Assembly (NCBI GenBank): GCA_964577615.1 | Contig: CAZNZW010000002.1 | Location: forward strand, 24,333-88,332 | From: an uncultured Desulfobacterales bacterium | Lineage (GTDB): Bacteria > Desulfobacterota > Desulfobacteria > Desulfobacterales > QNYZ01 | DNA: 64,000 bases | Direction of reading: 5' to 3' | Shown here: piece after piece, positions 49,177-58,712 of the stretch | Layout of the letters: each line of letters starts with the position of its first letter | How positions within the stretch are numbered: position 1 is the stretch's first letter | Notes under the pieces: generated by a model | Database searches by the model: none | What the model saw: only the letters and a program-made list of their open reading frames with translations | Told to the model about the DNA's origin: nothing | Translations under genes and position numbers: made by a program

Positions 49177-50259
49177 ATGAAAAAGAAGCTGCCTTTCGAT
49201 CATCCGCCGGAAAGTGTCTGTATCCTGCGACTGTCGGCCCTGGGGGATGTCTGTAACCTGGTACCGGTGATCCGTACCCTGCAGACCCATTGGCCGGCCA
49301 CCCGGATTACCTGGATTATCGGTCGACTGGAATCCCGGCTGGTGGGAGATATTCCAGGCGTGGAGTTTATCGTTTTTGATAAAAAGGCTGGACTCCCCGG
49401 TGTTTTACAGCTAAGAAAAACCCTTGCCGGGCGGCGGTTTTCCGTCCTGCTGCACATGCAGGCGGCGCTGCGGGCCAGTCTGGTCTCCCTGGTTGTCCCC
49501 GCGACTGTCAGAGTGGGGTTTCACCGCAGCATGGCCAAGGATTGTCAATGGCTGTTTACCGGCGCCACGACCCGGGCGCTGACCCATCCCCATGTGGTGG
49601 ATGGTTTTTTTTCGTTTCTCGAAACCATTGGTCTGCCGCAGCGGGATCTGAGATGGGATATTCCCCTTCCGGAAGCCGCACGAAAAACAGCGGAACGGCT
49701 GCTGGGAGAACTGACAGCGGGTTATATGGTTGTCAGCCCGTGCAGCAGTGTTCGCCGGCGCAACTTCCGTAACTGGCCGGCACGTAAATATGCCCGCCTG
49801 ATTGATGACGCGGCCGACCGGTACCAGGTGCCAACGGTACTGACGGGCGGGCCCGGCGCCGGGGAAGGGGATATGGGCCGCCGGATTGTTGCGCATTGCC
49901 GCCACCGGCCGCTGAACCTGATCGGCCGCACGGACGTCAAGGCGCTGCTGGCGGTAATTGCCGGCGCCCGTGCCGTGGTATCGCCCGATTCGGGGCCGGT
50001 TCATCTGGCCAACGCCGTGGGCGTGCCGCCGGTGGGCCTGTATGCCGGCAGCAATCCGCTGCGCACCGGCCCGTATCTGCACCGGGAGTGGGTGGTCAAC
50101 GTGTATCCCGAGGCGGTCCGCCGCCGCTTTGGAAAATCGGTGGACGAGATTCCCTGGGGGAAACGGGTGCGGGACCCCGATGTGGTGGATTTAATCCGCC
50201 TGGCGGATGTATCCGCAAAACTGGACCGGGTGTTTGCCGGAAGGAATAATCGTTTATGA
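49177..50259 (+). CDS. Family 9 glycosyltransferase (LPS heptosyltransferase-like)
   Basis: The start is taken at MKKKLPFD (ATG 49177). Motifs are 'ILRLSALGDVCNLVPVIRTLQTHWPATRITWIIG' and 'VVSPDSGPVHLANAVGVPPVGLYAGSNP'. Confidence 0.8.
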   Translation: MKKKLPFDHPPESVCILRLSALGDVCNLVPVIRTLQTHWPATRITWIIGRLESRLVGDIPGVEFIVFDKKAGLPGVLQLRKTLAGRRFSVLLHMQAALRASLVSLVVPATVRVGFHRSMAKDCQWLFTGATTRALTHPHVVDGFFSFLETIGLPQRDLRWDIPLPEAARKTAERLLGELTAGYMVVSPCSSVRRRNFRNWPARKYARLIDDAADRYQVPTVLTGGPGAGEGDMGRRIVAHCRHRPLNLIGRTDVKALLAVIAGARAVVSPDSGPVHLANAVGVPPVGLYAGSNPLRTGPYLHREWVVNVYPEAVRRRFGKSVDEIPWGKRVRDPDVVDLIRLADVSAKLDRVFAGRNNRL

Positions 50260-51512
50260 TTCAAAATAAATATTTTCGGAGCAGCCTCATCGCCCTTTTG
50301 ATTCTGTTTCCGGCAATGGCCAACCTTTACAAGAACATGGGGAGCGGCACCCTGATTCTGCTGACCCTGGCCGGGCTGGGGGTTGGTTTCCGGTCTCCCC
50401 GGCCGGTATTCAGTCGCGCTGAAAAGTGGTTGATGGGATTTTTTGTTGCATATCTGTCGGTTTACCTGCTGTCGGCCGGGCTCCATGTGCTTACCGGGGT
50501 ATTGGGAGAGATCCGGGGCCGCCACTTTGAGAAGGAAGCCTACCTGCTGACCTTTATTCCGATCGGCTTTTTTTTCCGCCGCCTGCAGGTTCCCCAGCGG
50601 GTTCTCTGGTGGGGCGTTTCCCTGGGGGGGATTCTGGCCGGATGTTATGCCATGGCTGATTTCGGCTGGATTGATATCGGCTACCGGGTGCGCGGCGCCT
50701 ACAATCCGATCATGTTCGGGTGCCTGTCTCTGACCATGGCGTTTATGGCGATCCAGGGATACCGCTTTTTCCGCCGGCGTCATGTCCTGCTGGTCAGCGT
50801 CCCGCTGGCCGGCTTTTTTCTGGGGACGGTGGCGAGTATTTTAACGGGCAGCCGCGGCGCCTGGATCGCCACGGTTGCGTTTTTCGGGATCACCCTCTGT
50901 CATCTGGGGAAGAATCTCAGGCGCCTGGAACTGGCCCTGATCGCCGGCACCTTCTGTCTGGCGCTTCTGGGCGCGTATCTGGTGCCGTCCACCGGCGTGG
51001 CCGATCGCTTTCACCTGGCCCGGAATGATCTTCAAAAATATGCCCGGGGAGATGTGACGGTCGAGAACAGCGTGGGCCTGCGGCTGGCATCGTGGAAAGC
51101 CTGCCTTCAGATGGTGAAAAAGCATCCGCTGCTGGGCATTGGACCGGGGAATTACCGGCCGACCATCGTGGCCATGTCCAAAGCCGGCCGGTTACCCTAT
51201 GCCGTGGATGTCTATTATACCCAGCCGCACAATATTTACCTGGCGGTGCTTGTGGACAGCGGTATTACCGGTCTGGCGGTGCTGCTGGCGATTCTCTTTC
51301 TACCCGTGGGAATATTTTTTGACCGGATCCGCAGGACAAAGCCCGATCCGCCGGCCGCGGCCTATGCCGGGCTGATCCTGTCGGTCGGATACATCCATTT
51401 CGGACTCACCGAAACGATCTTTGGCCGCAACCTTTTCGTGGCCTTTTACGTGATCATGCTGTCGATGCTGCTGACCTTGTCGGCGGCCAGTGAAACTGCG
51501 GCCGGGCAATAA
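50256..51512 (+). CDS. O-antigen ligase (WaaL/Wzy_C) family membrane protein
   Basis: 418 aa polytopic protein with 'TGSRGAWIA', 'HPLLGIGPGNY' and 'PHNIYLAVLVDSGITG'. It overlaps the upstream stop by 4 nt. Confidence 0.8.
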   Translation: MIQNKYFRSSLIALLILFPAMANLYKNMGSGTLILLTLAGLGVGFRSPRPVFSRAEKWLMGFFVAYLSVYLLSAGLHVLTGVLGEIRGRHFEKEAYLLTFIPIGFFFRRLQVPQRVLWWGVSLGGILAGCYAMADFGWIDIGYRVRGAYNPIMFGCLSLTMAFMAIQGYRFFRRRHVLLVSVPLAGFFLGTVASILTGSRGAWIATVAFFGITLCHLGKNLRRLELALIAGTFCLALLGAYLVPSTGVADRFHLARNDLQKYARGDVTVENSVGLRLASWKACLQMVKKHPLLGIGPGNYRPTIVAMSKAGRLPYAVDVYYTQPHNIYLAVLVDSGITGLAVLLAILFLPVGIFFDRIRRTKPDPPAAAYAGLILSVGYIHFGLTETIFGRNLFVAFYVIMLSMLLTLSAASETAAGQ

Positions 51513-52598
51513 TCATCCGGCGGCGGCGGGGCCGGCAGACTGCCGGGTATCGGCCGGATAACTGCCGAGATTTTTCAGCGTAACGGTCAGTGCGGCCATC
51601 TTTTTCAACACTTCCTGAACGTCTGCATCCTGCCCGGATCCTTCGAAGTCAAGGAAAAAACAATAATTGCCCGGATCGGACCGCAGCGGCATGGAGGCAA
51701 TCCGGGTGAGGTTGATCCCTGCGTCGGCAAACAGGCCAAGGGCGGCATACAGCCGGCCGGCGCGGTGAGGCGTAACAAAAATGACCGATGTTTTGTCGCC
51801 GCGCGCCGTACATGGCCGGGGGGAAATCAACAGGAAACGGGTGGAGTTGGCCGGTCCGTCCGCGATGCCTTCTTTGAGGACGGTAAGATCGTACAGATCG
51901 GCACACAGGCGGCTGGCAATGGCCGCCGTGGCGTGCGGGTTTTCCCGGGCCAGCATTTTGGCGGCGCCGGCCGTGTCGTAATACGGATACGGTTCCATCT
52001 GGTGGCGTGCCAGAAAATGGCGGCATTGGGCCAGTGCCTGGGGATGGGAATAGACCACGCGAATATCTTCCATACGCGTGGATGCCGGTGCCAGCAGACA
52101 GTGGTTGACGGTAATAATCGCCTCGCCGGTAACGTGCAGGGGTGTCTTTGTCAGCAGATCGTTGACCGGGGTCACCGCCCCTTCCAGGGAGTTCTCCACC
52201 GGCACCACGCCGATGTCCAGGTTGCCGGTTTCGACTTCCCGGAACACATCGGTAAATTCGGGGCAGGGGAGGTAGGCGCCGTCCGGCACCAGACGGCGGG
52301 CCGCCATCTCGCTGAAGGCGCCATGCTCGCCTTGAAAGGCCACCAGGGGACGGTCTTTTCCCTGGAGCCGCTTGCTTTCTTCTATAATGGTCTGCATCAG
52401 CTGCCGGGTAAATGTCCGTTCCACCAGGTCGCGGCTCATGCGGTCGATCCGGGCCAGAATGTCCTGTTCCCGCCGGGTGTCGGTGACCGAGGTTTTGAAT
52501 TTTTTGGTGCGCAGGGCCAGGCCCATCCGTTCCTGCAGCAGGACCAGCAGTTCCCGGTCAATTTTATCAATATTGGCGCGAATTTCATTGAGTTTCAT
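51513..52598 (-). CDS. pheA: Bifunctional chorismate mutase / prephenate dehydratase (P-protein)
   Basis: The start is taken at MKLNEIRANIDKIDRELL (ATG 52598), which is the CM_2 domain. The PDT domain is 'LVAFQGEHGAFSEMAA'. The ACT domain is 'KTSVIFVTPHRAGRLYAALGLFADAGINLTRIASMP'. Confidence 0.9.
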   Translation of the reverse strand: MKLNEIRANIDKIDRELLVLLQERMGLALRTKKFKTSVTDTRREQDILARIDRMSRDLVERTFTRQLMQTIIEESKRLQGKDRPLVAFQGEHGAFSEMAARRLVPDGAYLPCPEFTDVFREVETGNLDIGVVPVENSLEGAVTPVNDLLTKTPLHVTGEAIITVNHCLLAPASTRMEDIRVVYSHPQALAQCRHFLARHQMEPYPYYDTAGAAKMLARENPHATAAIASRLCADLYDLTVLKEGIADGPANSTRFLLISPRPCTARGDKTSVIFVTPHRAGRLYAALGLFADAGINLTRIASMPLRSDPGNYCFFLDFEGSGQDADVQEVLKKMAALTVTLKNLGSYPADTRQSAGPAAAG

Positions 52599-52683
52599 TC
52601 GATTGTCTCTCTTCGAATTAATAGGTTGCCGCCGGTTTTTCAGATGAATACCCTCTTTACAGCGCGGTGGCCCAAAAAACAAG

Positions 52684-53571
52684 TTATCCGATGGTGCCCA
52701 GGTAAATGGCAATCGGTATGGTAAAAATGCTGAGGATGGTCGAGAGCAGAACCATGCCGGCGGCAAAGCGGGAATCGATGCCGTAGCGCAGGGGCAGCAC
52801 CACCGAGAAGACAGCCGAGGGCAGGCAGGAGGCGATCAGGATGACGGCGCGGGCCGTGCCGTCGATGCCGAGGATGGAAACGGCTGCCCACCCGGCCGCA
52901 AATCCAAAGACAAACCGGAGGATCAGCCCGGCGATGAGGTGCGGGTCGGGGCGCAGGCCGTGTTTGTTGAGTGAGCATCCCAGGGCAAAAGTGGCCAGGG
53001 CTGGCGCACTGGCCCCGCAATATTCGATGGCCCGCAGCCAGGTAGACGGCAGGTGGACACCGGCCGACCGGCCGGCAAACCCGATGACAACAGCCCAGAG
53101 CAGGGGGGATTTGACCATTTCGGCCAGCCCTTTAAACGTAAAACCCGCGCTGACGACGAGGATGCCGATGGTGAAGATGTATAAGGTCTGCACCTGATCG
53201 TAAATGATGATCAGGTTCATGGCGGTTACCCCGCCCCACAGTTCCATCAGGGGGATGCCGAGAAAACCGGAATTCATAAAAATAATGGGAAGGGTAAAAG
53301 TCCGGAAGTCCAGCCGGAACCACCGGCAGTAAAGTGCCGAAAGAAGCAGAAGGGTCAGCACGACAATACTGACGGCCGCGCCCATTTTCAGGGTCTGGAC
53401 GAGGTTGATCCTGGAGGTGATCAGGGCGTGAAAAACGAGCATCGGCATGAAGAAGTCGGTTACGGACCGCACCAGCGTCTCCTCGTTGAGGGCGAACAGG
53501 CGGGAGAAGGCAAAACCGCCCAGAACGAGCAGGATCAGCGGCAGCAGCATATAAAAGGAATCCACTATCAT
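52684..53571 (-). CDS. AEC (auxin efflux carrier) family transporter
   Basis: About 295 aa with ~10 hydrophobic segments. 'FMNSGFLGIPL' and 'ASCLPSAVFSVVLP' resemble the membrane transport protein (Mem_trans) family. I prefer the ATG at 53571 (MIVDSFYML). Confidence 0.65.
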   Translation of the reverse strand: MIVDSFYMLLPLILLVLGGFAFSRLFALNEETLVRSVTDFFMPMLVFHALITSRINLVQTLKMGAAVSIVVLTLLLLSALYCRWFRLDFRTFTLPIIFMNSGFLGIPLMELWGGVTAMNLIIIYDQVQTLYIFTIGILVVSAGFTFKGLAEMVKSPLLWAVVIGFAGRSAGVHLPSTWLRAIEYCGASAPALATFALGCSLNKHGLRPDPHLIAGLILRFVFGFAAGWAAVSILGIDGTARAVILIASCLPSAVFSVVLPLRYGIDSRFAAGMVLLSTILSIFTIPIAIYLGTIG

Positions 53572-53708
53572 GGTCGGTCTCCGTGGCGCGGCCGGTGAAT
53601 GCAGGGAAAAAACTAGGTTGTCCAATGCCTACCCGCCGGGAATCGGCACCGGAGGTAATTTGTTCAGGAAACGGCCCGGCCGTTTATCGAAAAAATGATG
53701 TTGACGGC

Positions 53709-53762
53709 AAAGAATAAAGCCCTTGCGGAAAATGGATGACATCTGCAAGGGCTTTATTCTTT
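53709..53762 (-). terminator. Long perfect hairpin immediately downstream of tRNA-Leu (probable terminator)
   Basis: 18-bp perfect stem AAAGAATAAAGCCCTTGC / GCAAGGGCTTTATTCTTT with an 18-nt loop. It starts 3 nt after the tRNA 3' end. Confidence 0.5.
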
Positions 53763-53764
53763 AA

Positions 53765-53851
53765 TGGTGCCGAAGGCCGGAATTGAACCGGCACGGGCGT
53801 AGCCCACTACCCCCTCAAGATAGCGTGTCTACCAAGTTCCACCACTTCGGC
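53765..53851 (-). tRNA. tRNA-Leu (anticodon GAG)
   Basis: The 87-nt minus-strand sequence is GCCGAAGTGGTGGAACTTGGTAGACACGCTATCTTGAGGGGGTAGTGGGCTACGCCCGTGCCGGTTCAATTCCGGCCTTCGGCACCA. It has a long variable arm, anticodon loop TTGAGGG, GGTTCAATT T-loop and encoded CCA. Confidence 0.9.
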
Positions 53852-53866
53852 ATATTGGGAAAACGA

Positions 53867-54229
53867 TTATTTGTCTTTCTGGGTTCCTTCCGATGTGCTC
53901 GTGCTCGGCGGAGTGGCTTTGTCTGCGGATTTTTCCGGTGTTGCCGATGAGGTTTGCGCAGCGGGCGTCTCGACGCCGGTCATGACGGAACTGGTCGTCT
54001 GGTGGCTGGATACATACGCCAGCGCCAGCGATGTGGCCATAAATACAACGGCTGCCGCTGTCGTGGCCTTGCCCAGGAAGGTGGATGCGCCCGTGGAACC
54101 AAACAGGGTCTGGCTGCCGCCGCCCCCGAATGCGGCGCCCATATCGGCGCCCTTGCCGGTCTGCAGAAGAACGATCATAATCAGTGCGATACTGACAACA
54201 ACGTGGAGAATAATTAAAAGAATCGACAT
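53867..54229 (-). CDS. secG: Preprotein translocase subunit SecG
   Basis: 'ILLIILHVVVSIALIMIVLLQTGKGADMGAAFGGGGSQTLFG' is the SecG signature. The C-terminal tail is Ser/Thr/Ala-rich. Confidence 0.9.
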   Translation of the reverse strand: MSILLIILHVVVSIALIMIVLLQTGKGADMGAAFGGGGSQTLFGSTGASTFLGKATTAAAVVFMATSLALAYVSSHQTTSSVMTGVETPAAQTSSATPEKSADKATPPSTSTSEGTQKDK

Positions 54230-54244
54230 AATTTTTCCGGTTTT

Positions 54245-55009
54245 TTATTTATAGCAAATCAGTTGGCTGAATGTTTCCGCGTCAAGACTGGCCCCCCCGA
54301 CCAGCGCGCCGTCTATATCCGGCTGGCTCATCAGCTCCTTGACGTTATTCGGTTTAACGCTCCCCCCATACAGGATTCGAATGGACTTGGCAAGTGAATT
54401 TCCAAAATTTGTTTCAATCCATTGTCGAATGGCCGCATGGACGCTCTGGGCGATATCGGCCGTCGCGGCTTTTCCCGTACCGATGGCCCACACCGGCTCA
54501 TAGGCAATAACCAGCGAAGCCAGCGCTTCGGCGGTAAAGCCGTCCAGCCCTTTTTTCAGCTGCCGCTGCAGGACCGGCAGCGTTTTGTCATCTTCACGTT
54601 CACTGGCGGTTTCGCCAATGCAGAGCACGGGAACAAGGCCGGCATCGATGGCCGCAGCTGTTTTTCTGTTCACACCGGTATCGGTTTCACCAAAATACTG
54701 ACGCCGCTCGGAATGGCCGATAATGACATATCGGCAGCCAACGGCCACCAGCATTGCCGGGGAAATCTCACCGGTAAATGCCCCTTCGGTTTCCCAGAAC
54801 AGGTTCTGGGCGCCCAGGGTCACCGGGGTGCCACTGATTTCGGCGGCCACGCCGGCAAGAGCGGTAAATGCCGGCGCCACCATCACATCCACGTCCCGGG
54901 TATCCTTTACCAGGGAAACAAGCCGGCGGGCGGTTTCGGCCGCCTCGGTCTGGGTTTTAAACATTTTCCAGTTTCCGGCAATCATCGGTTTTCGGAGAGA
55001 CATAGCCAC
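54245..55009 (-). CDS. tpiA: Triosephosphate isomerase
   Basis: 254 aa with 'IAGNWKM', 'IIGHSERR' and 'AYEPVWAIGTG'. Confidence 0.95.
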   Translation of the reverse strand: MAMSLRKPMIAGNWKMFKTQTEAAETARRLVSLVKDTRDVDVMVAPAFTALAGVAAEISGTPVTLGAQNLFWETEGAFTGEISPAMLVAVGCRYVIIGHSERRQYFGETDTGVNRKTAAAIDAGLVPVLCIGETASEREDDKTLPVLQRQLKKGLDGFTAEALASLVIAYEPVWAIGTGKAATADIAQSVHAAIRQWIETNFGNSLAKSIRILYGGSVKPNNVKELMSQPDIDGALVGGASLDAETFSQLICYK

Positions 55010-55076
55010 CTCTGTCTGATCTGATCAGTGTTTTTTGCGATAAAAATAATTATGTAAAATCAATACACTATGTCAA

Positions 55077-56078
55077 TCAGGATTGTCCGACCATGGCTGC
55101 CAGATCCAGCAGGCGGTTGGAATATCCGGTTTCGTTGTCATACCAGGACATGACCTTGACCATGTCATCGATGACGTAGGTACTGAGCGAATCCACGTTT
55201 GAAGAAATGGTTACGCCATTGTAGTCGATGGAGACCAGGGGCTCTTCGCTGTATCCCAGGAGCCCTTTCAAGGGGCCTTCGGCCGCTTCTTTCAGGGCGT
55301 TGTTCACGTCTGAAACCGTTACGCCTTTTTTCTCAATGTTGACGACCAGATCCACGATGGACACATTGGGCGTGGGGACGCGGATCGCCAGACCGTTGAG
55401 CTTGCCGGAAAGCTCGGGCAGCACCAGGGCGACGGCTTTTGCGGCGCCGGTGGTTGTCGGGATCATCGACATGGCGGCCGCCCGGGCCCGGCGCAGGTCT
55501 TTGTGGGGAAAATCGACCAGGCGCTGGCCACCGGTGTATGCATGCACGGTTGTCATCAACCCCTGTCTGATACCAAAATTTTCCAGCAGGACCTTGGCCA
55601 CGGGGGCCAGACAATTGGTGGTACAGGAGGCGTTGGAAATGATATGATGGGTTTTGGGGTCGTATTGGCTTGAATTGACGCCCATGACAATGGTGATGTC
55701 CGGCTCCTTGGCCGGCGCTGAAATGACGACTTTACGCGCGCCGGCCGCCAGATGCTTGGCGGCACCTTCCCGGTCCCTGAAAATACCGGTGCATTCAGCC
55801 ACGACATCGACTCCGTTATCCTGCCAGTTTAATTTGGCCGGGTCGGAAATTGTTGTGTAGGGAATGGCCCGGCCATCGACAATAATGGCGTTGTCTCCCG
55901 TTTCCACCGTGTGCGCCAGACGACCGTGAACCGAGTCGTACTTGAGCAGATGGGCCATGGTTTTAATATCCGTCAGATCGTTGATGCCGACAACGTCCAC
56001 CTCGGGGTGGGCCAGGGCGGCCCTGAATACCATACGGCCGATACGGCCGAACCCGTTTATACCGATTTTTACGCTCAT
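55077..56078 (-). CDS. gap: Glyceraldehyde-3-phosphate dehydrogenase (type I)
   Basis: 333 aa with 'IGINGFGRIGR', 'SNASCTTNCLAP' and 'WYDNETGYS'. Confidence 0.95.
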   Translation of the reverse strand: MSVKIGINGFGRIGRMVFRAALAHPEVDVVGINDLTDIKTMAHLLKYDSVHGRLAHTVETGDNAIIVDGRAIPYTTISDPAKLNWQDNGVDVVAECTGIFRDREGAAKHLAAGARKVVISAPAKEPDITIVMGVNSSQYDPKTHHIISNASCTTNCLAPVAKVLLENFGIRQGLMTTVHAYTGGQRLVDFPHKDLRRARAAAMSMIPTTTGAAKAVALVLPELSGKLNGLAIRVPTPNVSIVDLVVNIEKKGVTVSDVNNALKEAAEGPLKGLLGYSEEPLVSIDYNGVTISSNVDSLSTYVIDDMVKVMSWYDNETGYSNRLLDLAAMVGQS

Positions 56079-56181
56079 GATTTCTCCTTATGTGGGTAAA
56101 ATTTGGATCTGTTTCGATGCCGGGACGGTTTTTTTCGTCAGTGCCCGGAGCAATTGTGACCAATGACAGGGGGGCAGCCCG

Positions 56182-56607
56182 TCAGCACGACTCTCGCTTG
56201 TTTCCCTTTAAAATCCGTGACGCCATCGCGATACTTTTCTTCCCGTATTCTTCAAGTGCCTGGACCATCTCCGTCAGGTTTTTACCCTCCCGGGTATCGA
56301 TTGCCTTAATCAGGATGGGGAGGTTGACGCCGGTCAGCACCTCCACCCGGTCCTCTTCCAGAAACGAGTAGCTCAGGTTCGAAGGCGTCCCGCCGAACAT
56401 GTCGGTTAAAATTAAGACCCCCCGGGGGTGGTATACTGATTTGATTCCCGCACTGATTTTATCATGCAGCTTCTGGACATCATCCTTTAAATCAATGGAT
56501 ATCGCCATCACGGATTCAGGCCTGGCGCCGATAATAAATCCGGCGGCATCGATCAGTACCGAGCCGATCTGTTCATGGGTGACAAGTAATATACCAATCA
56601 TTTTCAA
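56182..56607 (-). CDS. PTS EIIA component, mannose/fructose family
   Basis: 141 aa. The N-terminus 'MIGILLVTHEQIG' carries the phospho-His of the EIIA-Man fold. 'VLILTDMFGGTPSN' is also present. Confidence 0.8.
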   Translation of the reverse strand: MKMIGILLVTHEQIGSVLIDAAGFIIGARPESVMAISIDLKDDVQKLHDKISAGIKSVYHPRGVLILTDMFGGTPSNLSYSFLEEDRVEVLTGVNLPILIKAIDTREGKNLTEMVQALEEYGKKSIAMASRILKGNKRESC

Positions 56608-56634
56608 TCTTTCAATAGTGGTTGATATGATTTT

Positions 56635-57513
56635 TTAATTACGGTTAATATCCCGATGCGTGACCACGACTTCGCGATCCGGACGGGCAATATGCGTGTA
56701 TACTTCCTGCGCAATGACCACTGACCGGTGGTGGCCGCCGGTACATCCAATGGCAATCGTCAGGTACGCCTTTCCTTCTTTTTTATATAATGGCATCAGA
56801 TAGTCAAGCAAATCCAGATAGCGGGCCATAAATCGGCTGGTCTGGGCGTCTTGCAGGACGAATGATTTCACCTGCTCGGCCGTGCCGGTCAGGGGCCTGA
56901 GCACCGGATCAAAATAGGGGTTCTTTAAAAAGCGGACATCCATAATATGGTCGGCATCATGGGGGATGCCATGCATGAAACCAAATGACATAATATGGAT
57001 ACGCATGGGAATGTCAATGTTGTGGGCCCGGGCAATCTGCTGGATAACGCTTTTCAGGTCGTGCACCGTATATCGACTGGTGTCGATAATCCGGTCCGCT
57101 TCATTTTCCAGGTGGCGCAATTGTTTTTTGTCTGCCTCGATACTCGCCAGAAGGTTGGTCCCGTCGTGAAACGGATGGTGCCGCCGGGTTTGACTGTAAC
57201 GCTGCATCAGGGTTTCGGTGTCTGCGCAAAGGAAAAGCAGGGTGAACGCAAACCCCTGTGTTTTCAGATTGCGGATAATATTCTGGTATGAATTGAGGAA
57301 ATTTTTTTCCCGTGAATCCATGACAAACGCGTAGCCCTTGGCCGTCAATCCCCTGCTTGTAATCAGTTCTGTAAATTTAGGTAAAAGGGCCATCGGCATA
57401 TTGTCCACACAATAGAAACCGGTGTCTTCCAGGGCCGCGAGTGCGGTGCTCTTCCCGGAACCGGCATGGCCGGTGATGATAATGAACTGCAGTGATTCGG
57501 AAGGCGAGGGCAC
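56635..57513 (-). CDS. rapZ: RNase adapter protein RapZ (YhbJ)
   Basis: 292 aa with Walker A 'GHAGSGKST', 'DVRFLKNPY' and C-terminal 'IGCTGGHHRSV'. Confidence 0.9.
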   Translation of the reverse strand: MPSPSESLQFIIITGHAGSGKSTALAALEDTGFYCVDNMPMALLPKFTELITSRGLTAKGYAFVMDSREKNFLNSYQNIIRNLKTQGFAFTLLFLCADTETLMQRYSQTRRHHPFHDGTNLLASIEADKKQLRHLENEADRIIDTSRYTVHDLKSVIQQIARAHNIDIPMRIHIMSFGFMHGIPHDADHIMDVRFLKNPYFDPVLRPLTGTAEQVKSFVLQDAQTSRFMARYLDLLDYLMPLYKKEGKAYLTIAIGCTGGHHRSVVIAQEVYTHIARPDREVVVTHRDINRN

Positions 57514-57516
57514 CGG

Positions 57517-57975
57517 TTAAAAATCCTCATCGCTGGACTGGATAACCGTGTATACTTCATCGGCATTCCGGGCGTTTATCAACGCCTGACGGAACAGGTC
57601 GTTTTTTAACAGCCGGGAAATCCGGGCCAGGAGCTTGAGGTGCAGGCCGGCGGCCTCTTCGGGCGCCAGGAGGAGAAAGAAAATGTACGTCCGTTTGCCG
57701 TCAATGGATTCGAAATCGACGCCTTTGCGGCTCAAGCCAACCCCCATCACAAGGGAAGGCAGGCCTTTCAGTTTGCCGTGGGGAATACCGATGCCATTGC
57801 CGATACCCGTGCTTCCCAGCCGTTCGCGGCTCATGATGCCCTCTACCAGGGTGTTTTGATCCGTATGCGTCAGCTGCGCAATGGGGGTGATTAATTCCTC
57901 GATCACCCCCATCTTGTCCGTTGCTTTCAAATCGGTGACAATGGCTTCTTTTTTCAGCATGTCTAACAGTTTCAT
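57517..57975 (-). CDS. ptsN: Nitrogen-related PTS EIIA (EIIA-Ntr)
   Basis: 152 aa. 'ERLGSTGIGNGIGIPHGK' contains the active-site His. The gene order rpoN-hpf-ptsN-rapZ supports the call. Confidence 0.85.
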   Translation of the reverse strand: MKLLDMLKKEAIVTDLKATDKMGVIEELITPIAQLTHTDQNTLVEGIMSRERLGSTGIGNGIGIPHGKLKGLPSLVMGVGLSRKGVDFESIDGKRTYIFFLLLAPEEAAGLHLKLLARISRLLKNDLFRQALINARNADEVYTVIQSSDEDF

Positions 57976-57982
57976 GGGGAAA

Positions 57983-58510
57983 CTACCTGTTGGGTTGAAT
58001 CAGTCCAAAGTCTCCGTTTTTGCGCCGGTATAATACATTAACCGTTTCGCTGCGGGCATCCGTAAAGACGAGGAAATTATCTTTGATTAATTCTAACTGC
58101 ATGATCGCCTCTTCGATGTCCATGGGCTTGTATTCGATGGACTGGACGACGATGCGCTGGGCGGTTTCGGGTGCCGCCGGGGCTTCTTCGGTGAGCGCCT
58201 GTATTTTTCCCCGTCGCTGGCCTTTATGGTCACGGACCTTTTCCCTGTTTTTCTTGATCTGAATATCTAATTTGTCCATCACTTTATCGATGGAAGAGTA
58301 CATATCCTCGGTTTCTTCCTTACCCATTATATTTAAACGGTCACCGATAATGTTAATCTCTGCCGTGTGACGAAATTTTTCCACGGAAAGAACGACATTG
58401 GCACTGGCCGGATTGTCCAGATATTTATCGAATCGATCCAGTTTCGAGCTGACGTAATTCGACAGATGGTCTGATGGTTCGATTTTTTTAAAAGTAACAG
58501 ATGTTTGCAT
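57983..58510 (-). CDS. hpf: Ribosome hibernation promoting factor (long HPF)
   Basis: The start is taken at MQTSVTFKKIEPSD (ATG 58510, SD AGGAGG); the 273-aa track ORF is an upstream extension. It has an S30AE domain and a C-terminal dimerisation domain 'VVQSIEYKPMDIEEAIMQLELIKDNFLVFTD'. Confidence 0.9.
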   Translation of the reverse strand: MQTSVTFKKIEPSDHLSNYVSSKLDRFDKYLDNPASANVVLSVEKFRHTAEINIIGDRLNIMGKEETEDMYSSIDKVMDKLDIQIKKNREKVRDHKGQRRGKIQALTEEAPAAPETAQRIVVQSIEYKPMDIEEAIMQLELIKDNFLVFTDARSETVNVLYRRKNGDFGLIQPNR

Positions 58511-58712
58511 GCAGGCCTCCTTTTTATTAAAGAAACAGTTTAAGGGTGCGCCTAACGGGGGTGAGACAGTGTTTTTGTTCCTGGGTTGCCAGTTGACTGT
58601 ATCGGGTGGTCTGGGAAAATATCGAAATACGCCGGGCCTTTCTGCGCAATGAGGTTTTAACCGATGCGCGTCGGAGGATTGGAATCGGTCATTCATGCAG
58701 GCGCATGATGGA

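Noticed and set aside
56079-56181. TGGTCAC...TTGCT upstream of gap, as a sigma-54 promoter. Similar partial matches occur near 26283, 35200 and 47185.
   Set aside because: The GG-to-GC spacing is wrong (8 nt instead of 10), or the -12 TTGC element is missing.
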